64,000 bases of DNA from positions 32,614,001 to 32,678,000 of the forward strand of contig NC_058368.1 of NCBI RefSeq assembly GCF_018350175.1, read 5' to 3'. The notes beneath the pieces are model-generated. The model had not been told where the DNA came from, ran no database searches, and saw nothing but the letters and a program-made list of their open reading frames with translations. Origin of the DNA: Felis catus (taxonomy: Eukaryota). Each line of letters starts with the position of its first letter. Positions within the stretch are counted from its first letter, which is position 1. Positions 53,499 to 64,000 of this stretch are shown here, piece by piece. A program made the position numbers and the translations under genes.

Positions 53499-54045
53499 AT
53501 CTTATTATAATTTTGATTATAAAAGCTTATTTTATAAACTAATTTTAGTAGCACTGACATATGAAAAGCATTTATCTTCCATCAAAAGGTAAGGATTAGT
53601 AAATTAGGGAAACACTCCACAAATTCTCTGCTATTTACTATTTCATTGTTTTTGAAAACATTCTGGAACTCTTCTTAAGGCTATACAACTCAAATCACTC
53701 ATTTTCCAATCTTTTTTCCTCATTATGCTGGTGAACTGGACCACACACATTGTTTTATGTTCCTCTAGCCCTGTGTGTGTTTCTCTATAGCTACTGTTTT
53801 TTAAATTTTTATTCCAGTCCTATATGATAAATCTGGAAAATGACTGTATCATGGGCTGCTTCTAATTATATGGGAAAGGGTATGATGTGATCAAAGGGAA
53901 AAATCTCTGAAATCTTCAGTGTGAGCCTGTTAGAGTGTCTGCACATCCACACATGGTTACTATGTTCCCCATAATATCCAGTGAATGTTGACATAGAAAT
54001 TTAATCTGTGGTTCCAATTTAAGTAAAGGTTTACTTAGATTCTGA

Positions 54046-54082
54046 AAAAACAAACAAACAAACAAACAAACAAACAAACAAA
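54046..54082. repeat. (AAAC)n microsatellite
   Basis: Read directly. Confidence 0.95.
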
Positions 54083-54180
54083 AACCAAAACATTTTCAGA
54101 AGCTAAAGGCCTAGAATATGAGTTTAGCTTCCAATATACTAAGGGATAAAGAATGTTTTCATATCATAGAAAAAAACTGA

Positions 54181-54680
54181 TTTTATGGTTGAGTAATATT
54201 CCATTGGTATTTGTGACAACATGAATGTACGTAGAGGGTATTAGGCTAAGTGAAATAAGTCAGACAGAAAAAGACAAATACTGTATGCTTTCCTTCTATG
54301 TAGAAACTAAAAAACAAAACAAATGAATAAACAATCAAAAAACGGAATCAGACCTATACATACAGAGAACAAACTGATCATTGCTAGAAGGGAGGCAGAT
54401 GGGAGGATGGGCAAAATGGATCAAGGGGCGTGGGAGGTACAGACTATTATTCTAGTTATGGAATTTAGTTAATTCCAGCTGTGGAATGAATAAGTCACAG
54501 GAATAGAAGGTGCAGCATAGGGAATCTAGTCAACGGTATTGTAATAGCTTTGTTCAGTGACAGATGGTAACTACAATTGTGGTGACCATAGCATAAGGTA
54601 ACAAATTGTTGAACCACTATTTTGTACACTTGACACCAGTGTAACATTGTGTGTCAACTATACTCGAAAAAGAAATAAAA
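54181..54680 (+). mobile_element. 5'-truncated L1 3' end with a short 5' inversion
   Basis: Sense L1 3' end from about 54209; 54181-54206 is antisense L1; degenerate TSD agaaaaa..tgatttta. Confidence 0.88.
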
Positions 54681-56473
54681 AGAAAAAGTTGATTTTAAAT
54701 TTCAAGGGTCATGTAAAGCCATCATGTCGTAAACTTCATTAATTAATGAGAAGGTTAATTTATACCACTGAGAAGATACTCACTAAACAGGAATTATAAT
54801 AGTTATGTATTTATTGGTTCATCAAAACTGTCATAATTATTAAGTGATAATTTATAAAATATAAGATATACAGTTTATATAACTTATCAGGTTAAAAGGG
54901 AAAATCCAAAATCGCAGGCTATTTTGTTATAGAATCCCTAAAAACTACTGATATTTGATTCAACAAATTTTCCTAGTGATATATTATTCATGCACATCAA
55001 TTACGAGTGAAATTAATTTTTTAGAATACATTTGTAATTTGATTTAGGCCAAATTTTTCTATTTTTAAAATGAGTTTTAAATTGTGCCTTTTCTGAAAGG
55101 TTTGAAATCAATTTCCAAACGAAGTTTACTTCAGCAAAAATTTTAAAAGTATTTGTTTTATTACAGCCGTATTTTACCTTCAGATATGAAAGATCCCTTA
55201 AAGCTCATTATAAAATTGAATCCTGGAGAAGTCCAGGAGTTTTATGAAGTCATTTACAGAATTATTATCATATCTAATCCTAAACACAAACTTTTCACTC
55301 ATATATTTCTTCCTAATACATACTGTTGTATATATTATTTTATATGGAATTATTATTAGGAAATAATGATAAAAAGTAAAACAATTCACAAGTAACTTCA
55401 TACCATCAACTGGCAATATATTCAATTGCATATGAAGAATGAGAGATAAATACCTCATCATATTAGTGGGCAACACCATTCGTTATTAAAAAAAACATGA
55501 AGAGTCTTAGAAAGACCCTGTGTGATGTAGGCATTTATAGCCAATCCAGATAACACAACCATCGATGGAATTCATGGATATTAGAAATTTCAGTAATCTT
55601 GTTATTTGAAAATATGGGTTCCATCATGTTACTTTATATTAATTTCCAAAACATGTTTCCATAAAAAACTATAACCTATAGACTGTAAACACTATAAATT
55701 ATAGACTTTATAAAGCAGGAAAGCACTGCAACTACAACATTTATTATGGTGTCAGAGTTTGAAGTTGGTGTTATAAAAAATGTCAGACTGAATAACAATC
55801 TTACGTACTTATTGGAAATGGTTCAAGGCATGGGTTAAGTTCTGCTAATAAATAATAACTACGTCATAAGTCTCAATTCCTTAATTTTCACTTAGATATT
55901 TTATATCTCTTGATGTTTTTACATCCTTGATGATTTATGGAGAGTTGTAGTAACCTTTTACTAAGTTAGTAAAACTTCCTTTTCTTAGAAAGAAACCATA
56001 TTGTCCTTCATAATACACAAATAAAAAGTGAAACCCAATTGTTATTTAGAACCCACAAGTCCTATTTTTTCCTGAGCTGAGAGCACAATAAACAATTTAT
56101 ATATATTTTTCTGTTGCCCACTGGAGCCAAAATAGAGCTATTTAGACCACATGAAATAAAATAACAAGAAGATACCTACTCTTAGGTACCTTACAATGCA
56201 ATGCATTTTCCTTAAAGTGAAAGAGCATTTTCTATTTTCTTTCTGCTTATTTTTTCTTTTATACTTAATATCAACTTGATACAAATTAATATTTCCCCAG
56301 GAGATATGGCAATATTTGCTACTTATTTATGCCCTTAACTTGTATTGTCATGTTTGATTCCCTGTTTAAAATGCTTATTACAGAGCAGATTCAGGAGTAT
56401 CTAGCTCCAATGTACATAAATCAGTGGGTAAAGGATATAAAGAGTGATGACCACTCATAGTGTATTAGGTTTC

Positions 56474-59400
56474 TTTTTTTTAAAATATAATTTATTGTCA
56501 AGTCAGCTAACATACAATGTATACAGTGTGCTCTTGGCTTCAGGAGTAGATTTCCATGATTCATTGCTTACATACAACACCCAGTGCTCATCCCAACAAG
56601 TGTCTTCCTCAATGCCTATCACCCATTCCCCCCACCCGCCCCATCAATGCCCATCACCCATTCCCCCTTGCCCCCCATCAAACCTCAGTTTGTTCTCAGT
56701 GTTTAAGAGTGTCTTGTGGTTTGCCTCCCTCTCTGTTTGAAACTATTTTCGCCTTCCATTTCCCCATGGTACTCTGTTAAGTCAAATTCCACATATGAGT
56801 GAAAACATATGATATCTATCTTTCTCTGACTTAGTTCACTTAGAATAGTACCCTCCAGTTCTACCCACGTTGTTGCAAATGTTAAGATTTCATTCTTTCT
56901 CATTGATAAGTAGTATTCTGTTGTATGTATAAACCACATCTTCTTTATCCATTCATCAGCTGATGAACATTTGGGTTCTTTTCATAATTTGGCTATTGTT
57001 GATAATGCTGTTATAAACATTGGGGTACATGTACCCCTATGAATCAGCACTCCTGTATCTTTTGGATAAATTCCTAGTAGTCCTATTGCTGGATTGTAGG
57101 GTAACTCTATTTCTAATTTTTTGAGGAACCTCCATACTGTTTTCCAGAGTGCCTGCATCACTTTTCATTCCCACCAACAGTGCAAAAGGGTTCCCCTTTC
57201 TCCACATCCTTGCCAACATTTGTTGTTTCCTGAGTTGTTGATTTTAGGCACCCTGACCAGTGTGAGGTAGTATCTCAATGTGGTTTAGATTTGTATTTCC
57301 CTGATGATGAGCAATGTTGAGCATCTTCTTCTGTGTCTATTGGCCATCTGGAGGTCTTCTTTGGAAAAGTATCTATTTATGTCTTCTGCTCATTTCTTCC
57401 CTGGATTATTTGTTTTTTGGGCATTGAGTTTGGTAAGTTCTTTATAGATTTTGGATACTAACCCTTTAGTGGATATGTCATTTGCAAATATTTTCTCCCT
57501 TTTTGTCCGTTGCTTTTTGTTGATTGTTTCCTTCACTGTGCAGAAGCTTTTTATCTTTATGAGATTCCAGTAGTTCATTTTTGCTTGTATTTCCCTTGCC
57601 TTCGGAGATGTGTCAAGCAAGAAGTTGCTGCGACTGAGGTCAAAGAGGTTGTTGCTTGTTTTCTCCTTTAGGAATTTGATGACTTCCTGTCTTAAATTTA
57701 GGTATTTCATCCATTTATAATTTATTTTTGTGTATGATGTAAAAAAGTGATCCAGGTTCATTTTTCTGTATGTCACTGTCCAGTTTTCCCAACACCTTTT
57801 GCTGAAGAGATGGTCTTTTTTCCATTGGATATTCTTTACTGCTTTGTCAAAGATTAGTTGGCCATACATTTGTGGGTCCAATTCTGGATTCTGTATTCTA
57901 TTCTGTTGGTCTATGTGTCTGTTTTTGTGCCACTATCATACTGTCTTGATGATTATAGCTTTGTAGTATAGCTTGAAGTCTGGAATTGTGATGCCTCTGG
58001 CTTTGTTTTTCTTTTTCAACTTTACTTTGGCTATTCGGGGTCTTTTGTGGCTACATACAGATTTTAGGATTGTTTGTTCTAGCTCTGAGAAGAATGTTGG
58101 TGCAATATTGATTGGGAGTGCATTGAATGGGCAGAAGACTTTGGGTAGTACTGACATTTTAACAATGTTTGTTCTTCTGATTCATGAGCATGTAATATTT
58201 TTCCATTTCTTTGTGTCTTCAATTTCTTTCATAAGTTTTCTATAGTTTTCAGCCTATAGATCTTTTACATCTTTGGCTACATTTATTCCTAGGTATTTTA
58301 TGGTTCTTGGTGCAATTGTAAATGGGATCAATTTCTTGCTTTCTTTCTGTTGCTTCATTATTGGTGCATAGAAATGCAGCTGATTTCTGTACACTGAATT
58401 TATATCTTGAGACTTTGCTGAATTCATGTATCAGTTCTAGCAGCTTTTTGGTGGAGTTTTTCGGATTTTCCATGTAGAGTATCTTGTCATCTGTGAAAAG
58501 TGAAAGTTTGATTTATTCTTTGCTAATTTGGATGCCTTTTATTTCACTTTGTTTTCTGATTACTGAGGTTAGGACTTCCAACACTATATTAAACAATATA
58601 CATCCCTGTTGTGTTCTTGATCTGAGGTGGAAATCTCTAAGTTTTTCCCCATTGAAGATGATGTTAGCTGTGGGCCTTTCATATATGGCTTTTATGATGT
58701 TAAGGTATGTTCCTTCTATCCCAACTTTCTTGAGAGAATTTAATCCATTCAAATTCAGAGTAATTATTGAAAGATATGGATTCAGTGTCATTGTGTTATC
58801 TGTTGGTTTTATGCTTGTGCTGATGTCTCTAGTCCTTTGTAGTCTTTGCCGTGTTCCACTCACAGAGTCCCCCTTAGGATCTCCTGCAGGGCTGGTTTAG
58901 TGGTCATGAACTCCTTCAGTTTTTGTTTGTGTGGGAAAGCCTTTATGTCTCCTATTCTGAATGACAGCCTTGCTGGATAAAGGATTCTTGGCTGTATATT
59001 TTTCCTATTCAGCACATTGAATATTTCCTGCCACTTCCTTCTGGCCTGCCAAGTTTCAGGGGACAGGTCTGCTACTACCCTAATGTGTCTACTTTTGTAG
59101 GTTAGGGCCCGTTTGTCCTTAGCTGCTTTCAGAATTCTTTCTTTATCTCTGTATTTTGCTAGTTTCACTGTAATATGTTGTGGTGAAGATCTATTTTGTT
59201 GATTCTGAAGGGATTTTTCTGTGTCTGCTGGATTTGGATGTCTGCTTCCTTCCTTGGATTAGGGAAGTTCTCAGTTATAATTTGTTTAAATAAGCCTTAT
59301 GCCCCTTTCTCTCTTTCTCTTCTTCTTCTTCTGGAACTCTTATGGTACAGATATGCTTGCATTTCATGAATAACTTAGTTGTCTAATTCTCCCCTTGTCT

Positions 59401-61302
59401 TCTAGTATTTTCTTTCTCTTTTTCTCAGCTTCATCATTTTCCAAAATTTTATCTTCTGTTTTACTTATTCTCCCCTGTGCTTCCTGCATCCTTGCTGTCA
59501 CTGCATCTAGTTTATTTTGCATCTCATTTACAACATTTCTTAATTTGTTGTGACTATTAGTTCCTTGATCTCTACAGCAGTAGATTCTCTGCTGTCTTCT
59601 ATGCTTTTTTCAAGTCCAGGTATTAATTTTATGACTATTCTTCTAAATTCTTGATCAGATATATTGTTTATATATGTTTTGAGCAATTTGCTAGCTGTCA
59701 TTTCTTCCTGGAATTTCATTTGAGGAGAATTCTTCCATTTCATCATTTTGGCTAGTTTTCTGTCCTTTACGTGTTTTAATAGCTTGTTATATATCCTGCA
59801 CCTGGGAGCACTATTATATTAAAGAGGGGTCATACACTGTCTAGGGCCTGGCACTTCAGGTGTTTTTGGAGTGTGCTGAATGCTCTCTGCTGGTTGCTTT
59901 ATCTCCCTACTTAGAGTGGTGGTTTGGACCTTCTATTAGGTATGCTTTGATTTCTTCATTGAAAACTTTAAAAGGGGGTAGTGGTAGAAGAAGGCTTATC
60001 CCATACAAAAAGAGAAATGATAGGGGCACGGAAAAAGAAAATAAAAAGAAAAAAATTGATCAGGCAGAGAATCAGAGAAGCTATAAGGCTAATCCAGAGA
60101 GAGAGAGAGAGAGAGAGAAAGAGGGAAATAAAGAAGAAAGAGATACAGAAGAAGTATAAAAATAATAGATTAAAAATGTCTGCTTAAACAAACCAATAAC
60201 CAGAATAGAGAAGGGAAGATATAAGAGGAAGAAAAGAAATAATATAACAGTAATTGACCAAGAACCCATCAGAAAATGCAAAACCGATGGACCTATATCT
60301 GATGGTGCCTTGGAACTGGTCACTGTCCTGTTCTGGAGGAGGGACCCTCTTGTTTGGTGAATCAAGCTCGCTCTGGTAGATAGGCAGTTACCAGACACAT
60401 ACAGGGTGGGGTTTGGTGTAAGCAGTTCCTACCTTCATTGGGAGCCCACTGTCCTATTCCCTGTAGCCCCACTGGGTTGGTGATGATGAGAGAAATCGTG
60501 ACACCCCTGTCACTCCTTCCCAGACTGGGTGTCCCAAACCACTCTGTTCAGGCCATCCTCACAGTGCCTCAAGGGTGCAAGCAGGCCAGTTTGTACCGCT
60601 CCACAGCCCGCTGCAACTGCCAAGTGCTTGGCTGGGATTCAAACCCCGATGTCTTAAAGGATCCTGCTCCAAACGCCCTGGTTCCAGGGCAGTGCCACTC
60701 TGCTCAGCTGACAAAGGGCCTCTGGCTGGTGGGCACCTGCAGGGTCTTTTGTCCTTGGAGACACTATATACCTTCTTCAAACAGAACTCAAGGGAGGGGA
60801 CTGCTCTCCCAGTGCACCTCTGAGCTCACTACCAAGCCTGGGCCTGGCTCCCCTCCTCCCCAGACCTATGCATAGGGCGGCACTTCCCAGTCTGGAGGAA
60901 GTCCTGCAACCCTGTATCATCACTCCTAAGGTTGTTTGCAAACTAGACACTGGCTCTCTCTCCATTTTTCTGTTTCCTAGTCCATGGTCCAGAGAGGTTT
61001 TTCTCTTGTCCAAATAGAATCCTACACTTCCACAGCCTCTCTTTTTCTTTCTTTTGTCTCTCCACAGAAGGAGAAACCTTCCCTCCGTGCCTATGATGCT
61101 CATTTTATCTCTCCCAATTTGTAATCATGAACTTATGGCCTGCCGAGCTGTTCCCCCGTGGACTCCTGGTGATGATGTTTCAGTCACTTGGTAGCCCAGA
61201 TTCTTGGAATTCCAAGGCTTCTAGCTTCCATACTATTGTGTTTGAGGAAAGAGGGATCTTTGCCCCCTCCCCCCACTTCTTTGCCATGTTGACTCCTTCC
61301 CC
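56474..61302 (-). mobile_element. Carnivore L1 with intact 5' end and a large internal ORF2 deletion
   Basis: 5' end GGGGAAGGAGTCAACATGGC; ORF1 relic 59746-58860; ORF2 ATG at 58791; ORF2 3' region, 3' UTR and A tail; TSD agtgtatt(a/t)ggtttc at 56459-56473 and 61303-61317. Confidence 0.95.
58860..59746 (-). pseudogene. Disrupted L1 ORF1p
   Basis: MMKWKNSPQ... and ...IRVVADLSPETWQARRKWQEIFNVL...QPRILYPARLSF...[14 protein letters not shown], split by stops and frameshifts. Confidence 0.92.
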
Positions 61303-62870
61303 AGTGTATTTGGTTTCAAGAAAAGTACCTCATTTGTTTTTATGTTGGATACTAGGGTTCTTTAACAGCTGACAGTTTTCAAATTGTACTTGGTTGAGCA
61401 AGATGAAATATTTTCCATAAAGTTTATTTAAGAAGTATAAGATACAGTTTCATTAAACTGGAATTAATGTGTTCACTTGATACACTTAAAACTCAGTTAA
61501 TATATTTAACAGTATTTAAAAAAAAGCATTTTGAATAATAAAAATTCCAGATAACCTCTAAATAAGACAATGGCATTCTTTTTATTTGAAATGAATATAC
61601 AGTTGTATTTCTGAGTAAGATAGAAATATACTACTTTACCTCTTAAAAGTTTTCCTTACTTTAAAAACTTTTTTATGGGTAAATGACATCACTAGTCCTT
61701 AACAACAAATTAACTCAGAAGTTGGCACAACAACTTCTTTTGATTTCGTCCTGCTTATGATAGGCTTACAATTGAGCTATAAAGAGCATTGCAGGCTCAA
61801 TTACAAGTTATGGCACAAGTTATGTTTACCCATGGAAGGCAACCTCGGGAAAAGAACATAAACTGGGAATGAGAGCGGGTTCAAAAGCCAAAGGAAAAAT
61901 GAAATGAGATACATAAAAATCTACCAAATCAAGGAAACAACATGAGATTAAATAGTTTTAACAAATTTAAATACCTAAGGTGAGAAGTGTCCATGGGAAG
62001 GAGATATAAGGAGCAAAGAGGTTTAGAAGAGTTGAAATCTCTTTAATAAAATGATGAAACTGACATTAGTGTAACCAGTTCCTACCAAAGCTGCATCAGT
62101 CTGTTTAACAATTTGTTCACTAGAAATTTAAGTGAGTGGCAACAAATGATAAGGAGGGAACATTTGTAAGAACCAGGTGATAAAAGGCTAGGTACTTCTA
62201 TTAAGTTTGGATGGCAAATTGAAGCCACCAAAGAATTTTAATTGTTATGTGTATTGATGTGTATTTATATTTTCATTTTAAATTACTATATTTTAGTTTT
62301 TATGAAATTGATGCACAAATATTATTAAAAACAAGATTTAATAAATAGCTTTATAATGAAAAGTAGTAGAATACTCCATACATCTCACCTCTGCTTTGCA
62401 GAGGAATATATCTTTAATTATTTTATGGTAATTTCTTTTTGTTTCTAATTACATTAATTTCATTAAGTAATATGCTTTGCCATTATATATTTATTATCTA
62501 TTATATTAAATAAGAATTTATCTTATCTCAACACATTTTACTACATCCACCCAACACATATTGTAGGATAGATATGTAATTAACTTTGTATCTTATACTA
62601 TTTCCTTCATAAATTTAACGAATACATTCACATTTGTTTCTTGTACCTGCAATACCACCTAGTCTTGTTTTATCTACAATACAGTTGTCTAGTTAGAGTA
62701 TTTGCTTTACAACCTTCTAGAACTGTCATCTTGGTTCTTGATTACCTCTTTTTGCCTCTTTTCCCTCATTTATGAAAAAGCAATAAGAATAGAACATACA
62801 TTATAGAGTGGCTATTAAAATTCTATGAGTTTGTGCATTAGAAAAAACAATAAATTGGCACACAGTAAGG

Positions 62871-63088
62871 TTTTTTTTTCTTTAATGTTTTTATTTATTT
62901 TTGAAAGAGAGAGAGACAGAGCACGAGCGGGGGAGGAGCAGAGAGAGAGGAAGACACAGAATGCAAATCAGGCTCCAGGCTCTAAGTTGGCAGTACAGAG
63001 CCTGAAATGGGGCTCAAACTCATGAACTGTGAGATCGTGACTGGAGCTGAAGCCGGATGCTTAACCGACTGAGCCAACTAGGCGCCCC
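62871..63088 (-). mobile_element. CanSINE
   Basis: TSD gcaca(c/t)agtaag. Confidence 0.96.
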
Positions 63089-63437
63089 AGCACATAGTAA
63101 GTTTTTAATAAGTGATAGCTATTGTTAGAGTTTTCACTCTTTCATCAATTCCAATATATACTCTTTTACTATTGATTGTGGATCATATTTTAACTGTTAG
63201 TGTTTTTCCCTGGAATATAAAATAATGGTGTATCTTAGAAATGACTGACCTTTGGATTCCATACTATAATGGTGTATCTTACATTGACTGACTGTTAGAT
63301 TCTACAAAACATTCTTTGTCTTGTAATTATTGATAGTATTAAACCTATATATTGAATCAAATTTGAAAATAAAAAAATGGTATGAATATTATCAATGTAA
63401 ATACAGTTTGTGCAAAGTTATTCAAATACTGTGATTG

Positions 63438-63642
63438 AGGGTTCCTGGGTAGTTCAATCAGATAAGCATCCAACTCACGGTTTTGGCTCAGGTTCATGGT
63501 TTGAGCCCCGCATCAGGCTCTGCGCTGACAGTACAGAGCCTGCTTCAGCTTCTCTCTCTTTCCCTCTCTCTGTGCCCCTTCCCTACTCATACACACACAC
63601 TCTCTCTCTCTCTCAAAATAAATAAATAAAACTTGAAATAAT
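63438..63642 (+). mobile_element. CanSINE
   Basis: Perfect TSD aaatactgtgattga. Confidence 0.95.
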
Positions 63643-64000
63643 TAAATACTGTGATTGAATTTTCTTTATTTTTTCCTATATTAAAAATATTATTAGTTAC
63701 TTAGAATTGTGAAATGTTAGAATGTTCTTTTCCTCTGGAAACCTTCCTCCTGGACTTCTTCCATCATTTTGATTTAATCTTAGCTCTTATTAGGAGAACA
63801 AGAGAGGTGTTCGTTGGACACCATTTCACTGCTCTCCTGTTTTGATCCTTTGTTTCTTCAGTTAGTTCCATTAAGAAAATTCAAATTTTGATGAAGCACA
63901 TCATTCATAGTGTGCCAGGAAATAGATTGTGAAACTTTTTTTCTAAGGACTTGTTTTTATGTGCAAAATGTCTTTATTTTGCCCGTATTATTATTCAGTA

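Noticed and set aside
55153..55359. Possible + strand exon DMKDPLKLIIKLNPGEVQEFYE after tttaccttcag
   Set aside because: No convincing donor and no recognised homolog
57390..58791. L1 ORF2 as a functional or domesticated RT
   Set aside because: Stop at 58513, loss of PLSP from the QGCPLSP motif and several frameshifts
431..63625. Most ORFs in the six-frame track
   Set aside because: They overlap SINEs (e.g. GAWVAQSV, SLSLSLKINK), L1 relics or microsatellites, and many begin at TTG/GTG; there is no evidence they are host genes

Overview
This is AT-rich mammalian genomic DNA, almost certainly from a felid: the young tRNA-Lys-derived CanSINEs carry the cat-type SINEC_Fc sequence. I can support no intact protein-coding gene. 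Nearly all ORFs in the supplied track are translations of SINEs, decayed L1s or microsatellites. The window holds about 25 CanSINE-family copies, four long and several short L1 pieces, three MER34-like solo LTRs (one with a second LTR nested inside it), MaLR/L2/MIR/hAT relics and microsatellites. The most notable items read from the sequence are: (1) a 51-nt tailless U5 snRNA retrocopy with its own 16-bp TSD, inserted antisense inside a tRNA-like SINE (14946-14996); (2) a TSD-bounded L1 with an intact 5' end whose ORF2 jumps in frame from about codon 19 into the RT domain, removing the endonuclease; (3) an L1 with a 26-nt twin-priming inversion; (4) nested and tandem SINEs; (5) a non-repetitive GC-rich island at about 17.9-18.6 kb that looks like a promoter and first exon of an unidentified + strand transcript. 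I did not find a convincing new biological system. Repeat family names come from recognition, not a database search, and boundaries of old elements are approximate.
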